From assembly GCA_036499305.1 (NCBI GenBank), contig DASYDZ010000209.1, forward strand, positions 12-64,011: DNA of 64,000 nucleotides, given 5' to 3'. The DNA comes from Candidatus Didemnitutus sp. (GTDB lineage Bacteria; Verrucomicrobiota; Verrucomicrobiia; Opitutales; Opitutaceae). Positions within the stretch are counted from its first letter, which is position 1. Every line of letters starts with the position of its first letter. This document shows positions 1-9,710 of this stretch, in pieces. The position numbers were made by a program, and so were the translations under genes. Below the pieces are notes generated by a model. That model searched no databases, was not told where the DNA came from, and saw only the letters and a program-made list of their open reading frames with translations.

Positions 1-136
1 CCCGGCCGACTTTCTTCGGGTGCAATCCGCTGTCGACGACGAAGTGAAAGTCGCCGAGCTGGCAATAAAGGGAGTTCGCTCCGATGCCGCCGTCGCGGTT
101 CAGATCAATCAGTTTCATTGCTTGGTCGTCAGCACC

Positions 137-520
137 TCACGCGGATGGAATCCGCATGTCAAACATCGGGATGCGGACAAAAATCCGCCGGCCCTGGTCG
201 TCGACGCCGTGGAAACTCCCGTGCGCCTGCGCGTCACAGTGCGTGACGTGATAGCTGTTGTAGGAAAAATGCTGTCCGGGCGCCAGGCAGGGGGTTTCCC
301 CGATGATTTTGTCGCCTTCGACGACAAGCTGGGTGGAATCCGCGTGCCCGACCACCCACTTCCGGCCCAGCAGCGTCACGGTGCGGTCCGAGCGATTGCG
401 GATGGTCAGATAATAGATGAAGGCGTGCGGCCGGTCCGGGGGAAGGTCGCCGCCGCCATGGCGATAGACGAGCTTGTCGAGTTCGACCAGCAGGCCGGGA
501 AGTTCCAGGGCGGCGGACAT
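137..520 (-). CDS. apaG: ApaG-domain protein
   Basis: [22 protein letters not shown]...[23 protein letters not shown] resembles the ApaG fold signature; start taken at MSAALE. Confidence 0.85.
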   Translation of the reverse strand: MSAALELPGLLVELDKLVYRHGGGDLPPDRPHAFIYYLTIRNRSDRTVTLLGRKWVVGHADSTQLVVEGDKIIGETPCLAPGQHFSYNSYHVTHCDAQAHGSFHGVDDQGRRIFVRIPMFDMRIPSA

Positions 521-617
521 GGCGCGAGGCAATCAGGGCCGCGGGTCGAGGGCGACAAAAAGGTTTGCGCCGGGTTTCCGGCTTGCGTCGCGCCGCGCGG
601 CCCCGCCAAAAAGTCGC

Positions 618-2177
618 ATGCCCAAGCTCGCGCTCCTTTCCGTCAGCGACAAACAGGGACTCGTCGAATTCGCCCGCGCACTGGTGGAACGTCACGGCTA
701 CCGGCTGCTTTCCACCGGCGGCACCGCGAAGCTGCTCACGGGGGCCGGGCTGCCGGTGACCGAGGTGGGCGCGCACACCGGGTTTCCCGAGATCATGGAG
801 GGTCGGGTCAAGACGCTCCACCCGAAGATTCATGGCGGTTTGCTCGCGCGCCGCGACAAGCCCGCGCATCTCGAGCAGGCCCGGGCCAATGCGATCGAGT
901 TGATCGATCTCGTGGTCGTGAACCTCTATCCGTTCGAGCGCACGGTGGCGCAGCCGGACGTGGAATGGGAGGAGGCGATCGAGAACATCGACATCGGTGG
1001 TCCGTCGATGCTGCGCAGCGCCGCCAAGAACCACGAGAGCGTCACGGTGGTCTGCGACCCCGCCGACTACGCCGCCGTCCTGGCCGCACTGGAAGCGCAG
1101 GACGAACTGGCCGCTCTGCGACGCCGGCTCGCGTTGAAGGTGTTTCAGCGAACGTCGGCCTACGATGGCGCCATCGCGGCGTATCTGGAAAAGGAGGCGG
1201 CCGAGCCGGACCTCGATGCTCTCGGCGGATTTCCGGCCCGCCTGACGCTGTCGCTGCCGAAGGCGCAGAACCTGCGCTACGGGGAGAACCCGCACCAGAA
1301 GGCCGCGTTGTACGGCTCGTTTCACGAGCACTACGAGCAGCTCCAGGGCAAGGAACTCAGCTATAACAACATTCTCGACATCACGTCCGCAACCTACCTG
1401 ATCGGCGAATTCGCGCGACCCACCGTGGCCATCCTGAAGCACACGAACCCGTGCGGCGTTGGGAGCGCGGACACGCTGCCGGCCGCGTGGGAAAAGGCCT
1501 ATGCGACGGATCGCCAGGCTCCGTTCGGCGGCATCATCATTGTCAACCAGACCCTCGACGAGGATCTCGCGCAGCAGATCAGGGAGATTTTCACCGAAGT
1601 GATCATCGCCCCGCGATTCAGCGAGGCCGCCCTGGCCATCCTCGGCAAGAAGAAGAATCTCCGGCTGATGGTCGCGAAGAGCGGCATCGCCGTGAGCGGT
1701 GCGAGCGGCGACCTGCAGGAAGTGCGCTCGGTCATCGGTGGCGTGCTACTTCAGGACCGCGACCGCGTTCTCGGCGATCTGGCTTCATTCAGGGTCGTGA
1801 CGAAACGCGCGCCGACGGACGAGGAATGGGCTTCGCTGATGTTCGGCTGGAAGGTCGGAAAACATGTGAAGTCGAACTCCATCGTTTACTGCCGCGGCGA
1901 ACAGACGCTCGGGGTCGGGGCGGGGCAGATGGCGCGGGTGGACAGCTCCCGTATCGCGGTCTGGAAGGCGGGCGAGGCGAAGCTTGATCTGCACGGTTCC
2001 ACGGTGGCCAGCGAGGCACTGTTTCCCTTTGCGGACGGCCTGATCGCCGCGGCGGAAGCCGGGGCGACGGCAGCCATCCAGCCTGGTGGCGCGATCCGTG
2101 ACCCGGAAGTGATCGCCGCAGCGGATGAGCGCGGCATGGCGATGGTCTTCACGGGCATTCGCCACTTCCGGCACTGA
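618..2177 (+). CDS. purH: Bifunctional AICAR transformylase/IMP cyclohydrolase
   Basis: [63 protein letters not shown]. Confidence 0.98.
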   Translation: MPKLALLSVSDKQGLVEFARALVERHGYRLLSTGGTAKLLTGAGLPVTEVGAHTGFPEIMEGRVKTLHPKIHGGLLARRDKPAHLEQARANAIELIDLVVVNLYPFERTVAQPDVEWEEAIENIDIGGPSMLRSAAKNHESVTVVCDPADYAAVLAALEAQDELAALRRRLALKVFQRTSAYDGAIAAYLEKEAAEPDLDALGGFPARLTLSLPKAQNLRYGENPHQKAALYGSFHEHYEQLQGKELSYNNILDITSATYLIGEFARPTVAILKHTNPCGVGSADTLPAAWEKAYATDRQAPFGGIIIVNQTLDEDLAQQIREIFTEVIIAPRFSEAALAILGKKKNLRLMVAKSGIAVSGASGDLQEVRSVIGGVLLQDRDRVLGDLASFRVVTKRAPTDEEWASLMFGWKVGKHVKSNSIVYCRGEQTLGVGAGQMARVDSSRIAVWKAGEAKLDLHGSTVASEALFPFADGLIAAAEAGATAAIQPGGAIRDPEVIAAADERGMAMVFTGIRHFRH

Positions 2178-2371
2178 GCCGGAGCAATCCGTTGAAAAGG
2201 GAGAAAGTGTAAGGTTGAACGGGCGCGACGGTGTCAGCGGTTGAGCCGCCCGTGTGCCTGCGGACTCCCTCCGTAAAGCAACTCTCGCGGGCCGGCGATT
2301 CAGCCCACGCGCCACGCGCCGATTCGGTTGCCGGCGGGAAATCTGCGGGAGCGCCCGGACGTCGCACCGAC

Positions 2372-3325
2372 TCACGTCGTCGGCGTCGTTGGGGTGGTCG
2401 GCGGAATTGTCGTGACCGCGGGCGCAGGCTTGCCCCGGAGAGACGCCCATAACCGGCGCGCATACGCGGCGATGGCCACCACGGCGATGATGACGAGTTT
2501 CTTGAAGGCGAGAATGCCGGCGAGGAGGAGTTTGAACAAACCGGCCTTGGCCGCGATGCCGCCGGCCACGAGCGCAGCGATGCCGTAGGTGGCAACTTTG
2601 TCGGTGCCGTCGCGGTAGTCGGCATACCGATTGCCGTCGGTGAAATCGGCCATGGTGAGAAGCGTTGGCGTGGCGGTCTCGACCCGTTTCAAGTCCGGCA
2701 TGGACGCCACGACGTTCAGGTTGAGCACGCCCCGGCGGCCGAGCACCCGGATGTTGTAATTGAGGGTGTCCACGGTGTTATCGCCAAACTTCAGGTCCTT
2801 GGCCCAGTAGATCTTGTGCGCGGCCGCATCATAGCGCGGGGTGGCGGCCCATCCGACCAGGTTGATGGTGGGATAGCCGGCCTCGGTCCGCTTCTTGTTC
2901 GTCTCCTGCGCCCCCTCCTGCATCTTCTTCAGGAGGTCGGCGTAATTGATCTTCGCCGCGTCGTCGTCCTTCACGTATCCGTCCTCGTCATACGAGAGAA
3001 TCACCGCCCAGCTCTCGTCACCGAGCGGATCGAACCCGGGGGGCACGATCGTCCCGAGCGTGCCGGCGCCGGATGGGTTGCGCCAGATCCGCGTGAGGAG
3101 GGCCTCGGTGCCGGCGGCGTCGAGGTAGCGGTAGCCCTCGGGGAGTTTCAGCTGGGCAAAATCTCCCGGCAGCTTGATCGTGCCCGTCTGATACTTGAGA
3201 TTGCCGGCCGCGGTGCGCGCGGCCGCAATGCGGGCCAGTTGCGGGTCTTCCTTGGCCGGGGCATCGGCGGACCACAGGGCCGCGGGAACGAGGAGGGCGC
3301 CGAGCGCCAGGGTGGCGAATTTCAT
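2372..3325 (-). CDS. DUF2167-family membrane-anchored protein
   Basis: Signal peptide; GWATPPRY-like motif, IYWAKDLKF, NYNIRVLGRRGVLNLN, GNRYADY; C-terminal hydrophobic segment. Confidence 0.85.
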   Translation of the reverse strand: MKFATLALGALLVPAALWSADAPAKEDPQLARIAAARTAAGNLKYQTGTIKLPGDFAQLKLPEGYRYLDAAGTEALLTRIWRNPSGAGTLGTIVPPGFDPLGDESWAVILSYDEDGYVKDDDAAKINYADLLKKMQEGAQETNKKRTEAGYPTINLVGWAATPRYDAAAHKIYWAKDLKFGDNTVDTLNYNIRVLGRRGVLNLNVVASMPDLKRVETATPTLLTMADFTDGNRYADYRDGTDKVATYGIAALVAGGIAAKAGLFKLLLAGILAFKKLVIIAVVAIAAYARRLWASLRGKPAPAVTTIPPTTPTTPTT

Positions 3326-3326
3326 T

Positions 3327-4025
3327 TCACGCAAACGTGAGGTTGGGGTAAAGCACGCTGGCCACAACGTGCAGGAGCACGGGCAGAATGGGAGCAACCA
3401 GACGGGAGGCGAGGAAAATGCCGGCGTAACGGAGCACCGGCGCGCGCAGTGCCTTCTGATATGTTTCGGCCGCGCCGGCGGGCAACACGAGCAACGGCAG
3501 GCTGCCGCCATCGAGCGGGGGCAACGGCACGAGGTTGAACACCGCCAGGAAAAGATTGAGGGAAACGAACACGCTCAGGATCCGCACCGCCGCGTCCGCT
3601 GCCGCGGTGGCGCCCGTGGCCAGGCGCCAGAAGCTGATCGCGGAGGGCTCGCCGAACACGTGCCATTCGTAACCGACGCGAAGCGCGAGCGTGGCGAGGA
3701 GGGCCAGCGCGAGGTTGGTGGCCGGCCCCGCGAGGGCCATCAGCGCGGCTCGTTTGGGAAACCGACGGGCCCACTCGGGATTGTATGGGGCGCTGGCCCA
3801 GCCGAACAGGCTGCCGTTCAGCAGAAATGCGGCGAGCGGCACCACGACCATTCCGAAGGGCTCGCGGCGGATGTGCGGCCACGGATTCAAGGTCACCTGC
3901 CCGCCGCGGGCCGCGGTGTCATCGCCGAGGCGCAGCGCCGACCAGGCGTGGGCGGCCTCGTGACAGACCGTGGACAGCAGGAAAACCCCGTAGGCAACCA
4001 GTCCGCGCTCGAATTCCAGGTCCAT
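3327..4025 (-). CDS. Site-2 protease (M50) family protein
   Basis: HEAAH zinc motif, ALAGPATN, FNLVPLPPLDGG; multiple TM helices. Confidence 0.92.
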   Translation of the reverse strand: MDLEFERGLVAYGVFLLSTVCHEAAHAWSALRLGDDTAARGGQVTLNPWPHIRREPFGMVVVPLAAFLLNGSLFGWASAPYNPEWARRFPKRAALMALAGPATNLALALLATLALRVGYEWHVFGEPSAISFWRLATGATAAADAAVRILSVFVSLNLFLAVFNLVPLPPLDGGSLPLLVLPAGAAETYQKALRAPVLRYAGIFLASRLVAPILPVLLHVVASVLYPNLTFA

Positions 4026-4136
4026 GGCGTTGTCCTACCGGAACAGCCCCGACCCGAACACCAAATTCCGCCGTGCCGGGGCGGGCGCGGCACTTTCCGG
4101 CTAGCGGTCGGCCGGAACATGCGGCACCTTGTTGCC

Positions 4137-5519
4137 ATGTTCGATCCGATCGAAAAGCTGAAGGAGTACGTGCGGCAGCCGAGTGTGTCCGCCGATTCCA
4201 AGTTCAAGGAAGGCATGGCCGGCGCGCGGAAATTCCTGACCGGCATTTTTTCAGGAATGGGTTTCACCGTCGACGTCGTGCCGACGGCGCTGCATCCGGT
4301 CATCGTGGCGAAGCGTGCCGGTGACCCAAAGTTCCCACGGGTGATCGTCTACGGGCACTACGACGTCCAGCCGCCCGATCCGCTGGCGAAATGGACGACG
4401 CCGCCCTTTGAGCCGACGATCAAGGGCGGCCGGATTTATGGGCGCGGCACGGCGGACAACAAGGGACCGCTGATGGTGCACATCACCGCGGTGGCGCGCC
4501 TGCTCGAGGGGAATCCAAAGTTTCCGCTCAACATCACCTTCGTGGTCGAGGGCGAGGAGGAGATCGGCAGCAAGAATTTCAAGTCATTCCTCAAGGCGAA
4601 CAAACACCGCCTCGATGCGGACTTCATCTATCTTTCGGACAATGGCATCCAGCGGCCGGACCAGATGGTCGTGACGGTCGGCCTGCGGGGGATGCTGGCG
4701 TTCGATGTGGAGCTGACCGGCCCGCGCACCGACCTGCATTCCGGGATGCACGGTGGCGTGCTGCTGAACCCGCTCCAGGCGCTGGCCGAACTGTGCGCGT
4801 CACTCCACACGCCCGACGGTCGGGTGAACATTCCCGGTTTCTACCGCAAGGTGATCGAGCCCGAGCCATGGGAGCGCGCCCAACTGAAGAAGGCGGGATT
4901 GAAGCGCGGTGAATACGCAAAATTCCTCGGCATCTCGAAATTCCACACGCCGCCGGGATATTCGCCCTTCGAGGCTGTCCGCTTTCTGCCCACGCTCGAA
5001 TTCAACGGCTTCAGCGGCGGCTATCAGGGCGAGGGCACGAAGACGGTGATCCCGAGCAAGGCGAGCTGCAAGATCACGTGCCGGCTGGTCCCGAACCAGA
5101 CGCCCGACAACACCCGGAAGCTGGTGCTCTCCGCGATCCGGAAGCGCTGCCCGAAAGGCATCTCGCTAAAGATCACGTTGCAGCACGACGCGACACCGTA
5201 CGTGGTGATTCCGCCGGACCGCTCCAACACGCCGAAGAATCAGTCACCGGTGCTCGCGCAGTGTTTTCGCGCGCTCGACCGGGCCGCCAGGGAGATCTGG
5301 GGCAAGCCGCCGCTCTACCTTCGCGAGGGCGGCAGTGTCGGCCTGCTCGCCGACCTCAAGAGCGTGCTCGGCCTCGATGCCGTGATGATGGGCCTTTTCC
5401 TGCCGGAGGACAACCTTCACGCGCCCAACGAGAGCTTCCATCTCGGCGTGATGAAAAAGGGAATCGAGACGAGCGAGCGGGTGCTCGCAGCTCTCGCCGC
5501 GCCGCCGAAAAAGGAGTAA
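4137..5519 (+). CDS. M20/M25/M40 family metallopeptidase (dipeptidase)
   Basis: YGHYDVQP, GRGTADNKG, EGEEEIGS, HSG, NLHAPNE motifs. Confidence 0.93.
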   Translation: MFDPIEKLKEYVRQPSVSADSKFKEGMAGARKFLTGIFSGMGFTVDVVPTALHPVIVAKRAGDPKFPRVIVYGHYDVQPPDPLAKWTTPPFEPTIKGGRIYGRGTADNKGPLMVHITAVARLLEGNPKFPLNITFVVEGEEEIGSKNFKSFLKANKHRLDADFIYLSDNGIQRPDQMVVTVGLRGMLAFDVELTGPRTDLHSGMHGGVLLNPLQALAELCASLHTPDGRVNIPGFYRKVIEPEPWERAQLKKAGLKRGEYAKFLGISKFHTPPGYSPFEAVRFLPTLEFNGFSGGYQGEGTKTVIPSKASCKITCRLVPNQTPDNTRKLVLSAIRKRCPKGISLKITLQHDATPYVVIPPDRSNTPKNQSPVLAQCFRALDRAAREIWGKPPLYLREGGSVGLLADLKSVLGLDAVMMGLFLPEDNLHAPNESFHLGVMKKGIETSERVLAALAAPPKKE

Positions 5520-5539
5520 GAAGAGCCTGTGGAATAGTT

Positions 5540-5820
5540 GCCCGCGACAAGCACGAAACGACGCGACAGTCGGAAGATCGCCCGCGGAATACACCGAATA
5601 CACGGAACGAGTTTGTCCACGAAACACACGAGGGAACCCGAAAGTCAGAGGCAGATGAGCGCCCACGGAACCCACGCCGAACCCAAGGAATAGTCCGACG
5701 TTTCAGGCAGTCAAGGGAGCCCCCTTGAATCCCGGAGCACGGATCTCATTCGTTTTCCTGTCCGTGGGTTCCGTGGGAGGTCTCCGACGATTTCGTGTTC
5801 TTTCGTGGTATTCGTGGGAA
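5540..5820. repeat. Intergenic element of imperfect CCACG(G/A)A tandem units in two opposite orientations
   Basis: Forward units cccgcggaatacaccgaatacacggaa (5581), ccacgaaacacacga (5617), cccacggaacccacg (5662); reverse units ccgtgggttccgtggg (5762), ttcgtgttctttcgtggtattcgtggg (5792). Confidence 0.75.
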
Positions 5821-5835
5821 GTCATTCCGGGCAAT

Positions 5836-5864
5836 AAAAAAGGCCGCGGAAATCCGCGGCCTTT
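5836..5864 (-). terminator. Rho-independent terminator of pal
   Basis: Perfect hairpin AAAGGCCGCGG-aaat-CCGCGGCCTTT with A6 on + strand (U-tract on -). Confidence 0.85.
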
Positions 5865-5885
5865 CGATTGAAAATCGCCGGAGCC

Positions 5886-6455
5886 TTATTTCTTCAGCAC
5901 GATGAAGTCGACGCGGCGATCCTTGGCCCAGTCTTCCTTGGTGCCCGTCTGCTTCGCGTCCTGCGAGCCCTTCGAGAGAATCTCAAGGCGCTTGGTGTCG
6001 ATGCCGAGTTGTTCGAGATACCTGCGGACGGTGGTTGCACGGCGGTCGCCGAGGCCGAGATTGTACTCGGTCGTGCCGCGCCAGTCGCAGTGGCCCTCAA
6101 GCAGCACGCGCTTGTCCGGATTGTCCTTCATGTACTTGACGGCTGCGATGAGCTTCGGGCGTTCCTTGGAGGAAACGGCCGCCTGGTCGAAATCGAAATA
6201 AACCGGATCGCCCATCATGCCGCGGAACCCGACATCGTCCTCCGTCACGCCTGGCGGAAGATTGCGCGCCTCGAGATTGGTGCCCGGGGCAATGTCGGTG
6301 GCCTGCGGCTGCACCGCGACCGAGTCAGGATTGATCCCGGTGTTTCCCGTCGGCATGGCGGTCTCGGGCCCACGCATGGGCTTCTTGGAGCACGCCGTGA
6401 AAAACAGCGCGCCCGAGGCGACGATGAGGCCGAGGAGTTTCGGAAATTTCTTCAT
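5886..6455 (-). CDS. pal: Peptidoglycan-associated lipoprotein (OmpA family, Pal)
   Basis: Lipobox FTAC; VYFDFD, LEGHCDWRGTTEYNLGLGDRRA, DRRVDF. Confidence 0.9.
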   Translation of the reverse strand: MKKFPKLLGLIVASGALFFTACSKKPMRGPETAMPTGNTGINPDSVAVQPQATDIAPGTNLEARNLPPGVTEDDVGFRGMMGDPVYFDFDQAAVSSKERPKLIAAVKYMKDNPDKRVLLEGHCDWRGTTEYNLGLGDRRATTVRRYLEQLGIDTKRLEILSKGSQDAKQTGTKEDWAKDRRVDFIVLKK

Positions 6456-6540
6456 GGGCAAAGTAGGGATGGCGGAAGCCGCTTCACTAAGCGGGAAGGG
6501 CAGGGCCGGGCAAGAATTAAAACCCTGCCAGGACGCACGC

Positions 6541-7209
6541 TTACCACGTCGGCGTGCGATGATCGATGAGGCCGATTTCCAGCGCGTACCGTGTGAGGCT
6601 GGCCACGTCGTGCAGGTTCAGTTTCCGCATCAGGTTCGTGCGGTGATTGTCGACCGTTTTCACGCTGATCCCGAGCTTGCTCGCGATCTCGCGGGTGCTG
6701 TGGCTCTCGGCGACCAGCTTGAGAATCTCGCGCTCGCGATCGGTGAGCAGATCGGCGCCCGCGGTCGGGTTGTTGTTCGCAACGACATTGCGGAGCAGCG
6801 CCGCCACGCCCGGGCCGAAATACGTGCCACCATTCGCGACGCTCTCGAGGCCTTTCTTGAATTCGACGAGGCCGGCGGTTTTTTCGACAAAGCCGTGGGC
6901 GCCGGCTTCGAGCATCTCGCGCACGAGCGCGGGGCTCTCGTAGCCCGAGAAAACGAGGATGCGACTCGATTTGAGCTGTTTGCTCACGCGGCGCAGGATG
7001 TCGACGCCGCTGAGACCCGGCAGACGCGCATCGAGCACAACCACGTCGGGCTTTATTTCCACCAGCAACTCGCACGCCTTCTGGCCGTCGCCGCATTCAC
7101 CGACTATTTTGTACGCGGGATCAAAGCGAAGAATCTCGGCCAGCATCTCGCGGATGGCGGTCTGATCTTCGACGATGACGATGCGCTTAACTGGACTGCT
7201 CGCTGCCAA
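6541..7209 (-). CDS. NarL/LuxR-family response regulator
   Basis: Receiver (IVEDQ...VLDARLPG...K) plus LTDREREILKL...ISVKTVDNHRTNLMRKL HTH; TTG start. Confidence 0.95.
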   Translation of the reverse strand: MAASSPVKRIVIVEDQTAIREMLAEILRFDPAYKIVGECGDGQKACELLVEIKPDVVVLDARLPGLSGVDILRRVSKQLKSSRILVFSGYESPALVREMLEAGAHGFVEKTAGLVEFKKGLESVANGGTYFGPGVAALLRNVVANNNPTAGADLLTDREREILKLVAESHSTREIASKLGISVKTVDNHRTNLMRKLNLHDVASLTRYALEIGLIDHRTPTW

Positions 7210-7244
7210 TGATTTGAATTTGTCCGGCGGACGTTTTCCTGACG

Positions 7245-7270
7245 TTAGGGTGAATTCGGTACCACCCTAA
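7245..7270. promoter_or_regulatory. Inverted repeat upstream of the response regulator (putative operator)
   Basis: Perfect 8-bp IR TTAGGGTG-N10-CACCCTAA, 35 bp upstream of the start codon. Confidence 0.45.
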
Positions 7271-7324
7271 GGTAAAGAATAAAGAAATTGTGAAAAATCC
7301 CTTTGCTGGCCCCGGGTGAATCCA

Positions 7325-7399
7325 TGGTGGGGCGACTGGGATTCGAACCCAGAACCAATTGCTTAAAAGGCAACTGCTCTACCATTGAGCTATCGCCCC
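7325..7399 (-). tRNA. tRNA-Lys (anticodon TTT)
   Basis: Reverse complement GGGGCGATAGCTCAATGGTAGAGCAGTTGCC-TTTT-AAGCAATTGGTTCTGGGTTCGAATCCCAGTCGCCCCACCA folds as a cloverleaf with encoded CCA. Confidence 0.97.
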
Positions 7400-7455
7400 A
7401 AATCCACGGAAAGTTCAGTTATTTTTAGGGCAAAGGGCAATGCAAGGTTTAATTG

Positions 7456-7483
7456 GCAACCGGATGCATCGGGCGGCTGTCTT
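7456..7483 (+). promoter_or_regulatory. Putative ECF-sigma promoter (autoregulatory)
   Basis: GCAAC-N17-TGTC fits the generic ECF AAC...GTC consensus upstream of the ECF sigma gene. Confidence 0.4.
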
Positions 7484-7592
7484 GTCGATTGACCCGAGGA
7501 TGGAGGAGACCATCCTGCCTTCTTGAGCGTCACACCGGCACATAATCATGGGAACAATTTCGAAATTTCCCAATCCCAATCAGCCTGAGGAC

Positions 7593-8198
7593 ATGAGTGC
7601 CAAAGCTCAGGAAGTTGCGCTGGACCGTTCGCTCGTCGACCGCTTTAAAGGCGGCGATTCGAGCGCGTTTGACCAATTGGTAACGCGCTATTGGGACCGC
7701 ATTTATGCGATGACGAACCAGCTTCTGCGCAATTCGCAGGATGCCGAGGAGGTCACGCAGGACGCATTCATCCGCGCCCACCGCGGCTTGGGGAATTTTC
7801 GGGGCGACTCCGCTTTCTCGACCTGGCTTTATCAAATCGCGACGAACCTCGCCCGCAACCGGTATTGGTACTGGTGGCGCCGCAAGCGCGACAAGTCGGT
7901 GTCGTTTGATGCACCCATCAGTTCCGAGAACGACAGCACGATCGCCGAGCTCATCCCGGCGGAGCAGGAGACTCCCGAGGATGCCACGGTCACGCAGGAG
8001 TTCGTGAACCGGGTGGGCGTGTGCATGGAATTACTGAACGAAAAGCACCGTGAGATCCTGATTCTGCGCAATGTCCAGAATCTCTCGTATGAGGAAATCG
8101 CCGAGATTCTCGGCATCAGCATCGGCACTGTCAAAAGCCGTATCGCCCGCGCGCGCGAAAGCCTGCGCGAAAAGTTAGGAGGAGAATTCCAGTCATGA
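7593..8198 (+). CDS. ECF RNA polymerase sigma factor (sigma-70 family)
   Basis: DAEEVTQDAF, FSTWLYQIATNLARN, LSYEEIAEILGISIGTVKSRIARAR. Alternative start 7548. Confidence 0.95.
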   Translation: MSAKAQEVALDRSLVDRFKGGDSSAFDQLVTRYWDRIYAMTNQLLRNSQDAEEVTQDAFIRAHRGLGNFRGDSAFSTWLYQIATNLARNRYWYWWRRKRDKSVSFDAPISSENDSTIAELIPAEQETPEDATVTQEFVNRVGVCMELLNEKHREILILRNVQNLSYEEIAEILGISIGTVKSRIARARESLREKLGGEFQS

Positions 8199-8833
8199 AA
8201 GACGCACGATTCATTGAGTTGATCAACCTGTACGTCGACCGGCAGATTTCGCCGGAAGACACGGCCGAGCTGGAGGCGGAAATCCAGACCCATGCGGCGC
8301 ACCGCCGCGTGTATCAGCAGTATTGCCACATGCACCGCGCCAGCAAACTGGTGTACGAGAGCTTCCGCGCCCACGCCGAGCCGCCGGCCTCGCCGGTCGC
8401 GCAGCCGGGCAGCATCGCCTATTTCGCCCAGCGCCGCCAGCGTACGCGCCGCAATTTCCGACTCGGGTCGCTTGCGGCCCTTGCCGCAGCGGCGTGCGCC
8501 GCCGTGTATTTCGGGCGGGTCGAGTTCGCCTCGCCCGCGGCCAATCCCGCCGGTGCGATCGCCCAGCATGCGATTGTTCCCGTGACGATTCCTGTCGCGA
8601 TGGTGCCGGCGAAGGCCGTGTCCGCCCGCCAGAATTACACCGCGCTCCTGAACGATGTCCGCCGCAGCGAGGCCAATGCGTTCACGCTGAACGAAACCGC
8701 CCAGGTGCAGCCGGTATCGCTCTTCGACGATGGCGTGTTTGCCCCGGCCCAGAACCTGTCGTCCGATACGCGGCGCCTCGGGCCGGCCAAGGCCAGGACG
8801 GCGGACCAGGCGGCATTCCAGTTCCAGCGCTGA
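8195..8833 (+). CDS. Putative anti-sigma factor (single TM)
   Basis: ATGA overlap with the sigma gene; N-terminal ELINLYVDRQIS helix, basic patch, then a TM helix. Confidence 0.65.
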   Translation: MKDARFIELINLYVDRQISPEDTAELEAEIQTHAAHRRVYQQYCHMHRASKLVYESFRAHAEPPASPVAQPGSIAYFAQRRQRTRRNFRLGSLAALAAAACAAVYFGRVEFASPAANPAGAIAQHAIVPVTIPVAMVPAKAVSARQNYTALLNDVRRSEANAFTLNETAQVQPVSLFDDGVFAPAQNLSSDTRRLGPAKARTADQAAFQFQR

Positions 8834-8858
8834 CTGGACATTGATCCTTGGGTATTGT

Positions 8859-8893
8859 GAAGGCGGAGCCGATATGCTCCGCCTTCGTGTTTT
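8859..8893 (+). terminator. Terminator of sigma/anti-sigma operon
   Basis: GAAGGCGGAGC-cgatat-GCTCCGCCTTC followed by gtgtttt. Confidence 0.75.
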
Positions 8894-8956
8894 CGCGAGG
8901 ATTGCACCGTCGACGCCGGCGCTCTTCCCCAGCTCGGCGTGCGATTAGGATCGTTT

Positions 8957-9120
8957 GAGAGAGGGCATCGCCGCCCCGGGGCGCACCGAACTCACCGTCG
9001 CAATGGCCGATTGAATCTGCCGGGCGGCTTGCTGGCGGCAGCCGCGGCCGGCGCCAGCACCGGCCCTACCGGAGGCAGAATTAATTTCGTGAGTCAGTTG
9101 CGGGAGACAACTCTATCCCA
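8957..9120. ncRNA. Candidate structured ncRNA, 6S RNA-like long interrupted hairpin
   Basis: Nested pairings CGCA/TGCG, ACTCAC/GTGAGT, AATCTGCC/GGCAGAATT, TGCTGGCG/CGCCAGCA around a central asymmetric bubble. Confidence 0.4.
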
Positions 9121-9706
9121 GCGCGCGTTTGATCAAGGCCTCGGTCGAGGCGGTGGGACCGAGCGCGGTCGAGGCCTGCCGGATCGCCTTGTCGGCATCG
9201 GCGGCCTTGTAGCCCAGCGCAACCAGGGCGAGGACGGCGTCGTGCAACCGCGATTCCGGTTGTCCCGCCACGGCGGGCAAAATGGCGGCGGCTGATGACG
9301 TGCCTCCGAGCTTGTCCCGGAGCTCCACGACCAGACGCTCGGCTGTCTTGCGTCCGATGCCCGGGCACTTGGACAGGAGAGCGACGTCGCCCTGTGCAAT
9401 CGCGCCGCGCAGGACGGGCAGGGAGAGCTTGCTGAGCACGGTCAGGGCAGTCTTCGGCCCCACGCCGCTGACCTTCTCGACGAGGAGGCGGAAGAAATCG
9501 CGCTCCTCGTCGGTGGCAAAACCATACATCGTGTGCGCGTCTTCGCGGTAAACCACCAGCGTGTGCAGGATCGCAGCCTTGCCGGGCGCGGGAAGTTTTT
9601 CGGCCGTCGTGACCGGGATGTGCACCTCGTAGGCGATTCCGCCCGTTTCGATCACGGCGGTGAGCGCCGTCGCCGAAAGCAGGGTCCCCGAGATCCGCGT
9701 GATCAT
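9113..9706 (-). CDS. ruvA: Holliday junction branch migration protein RuvA
   Basis: VYREDAHTMYGF, VSGVGPKTAL, CPGIGRKTAERLVVELRDK, ALVALGY. Confidence 0.97.
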   Translation of the reverse strand: MITRISGTLLSATALTAVIETGGIAYEVHIPVTTAEKLPAPGKAAILHTLVVYREDAHTMYGFATDEERDFFRLLVEKVSGVGPKTALTVLSKLSLPVLRGAIAQGDVALLSKCPGIGRKTAERLVVELRDKLGGTSSAAAILPAVAGQPESRLHDAVLALVALGYKAADADKAIRQASTALGPTASTEALIKRALG

Positions 9707-9710
9707 CGGC

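Noticed and set aside
533-617. Possible ZMP/ZTP riboswitch upstream of purH
   Set aside because: Only 85 bp of divergent intergenic sequence, without the conserved riboswitch motifs.
20-1442. Long overlapping ORFs 20..1366 (+) and 234..1442 (-)
   Set aside because: Shadow frames of apaG/purH in high-GC DNA; no motifs.
7325-7547. tRNA-Lys as a prophage/island integration site
   Set aside because: No integrase, no duplicated tRNA 3' end, and the flanking genes look native.
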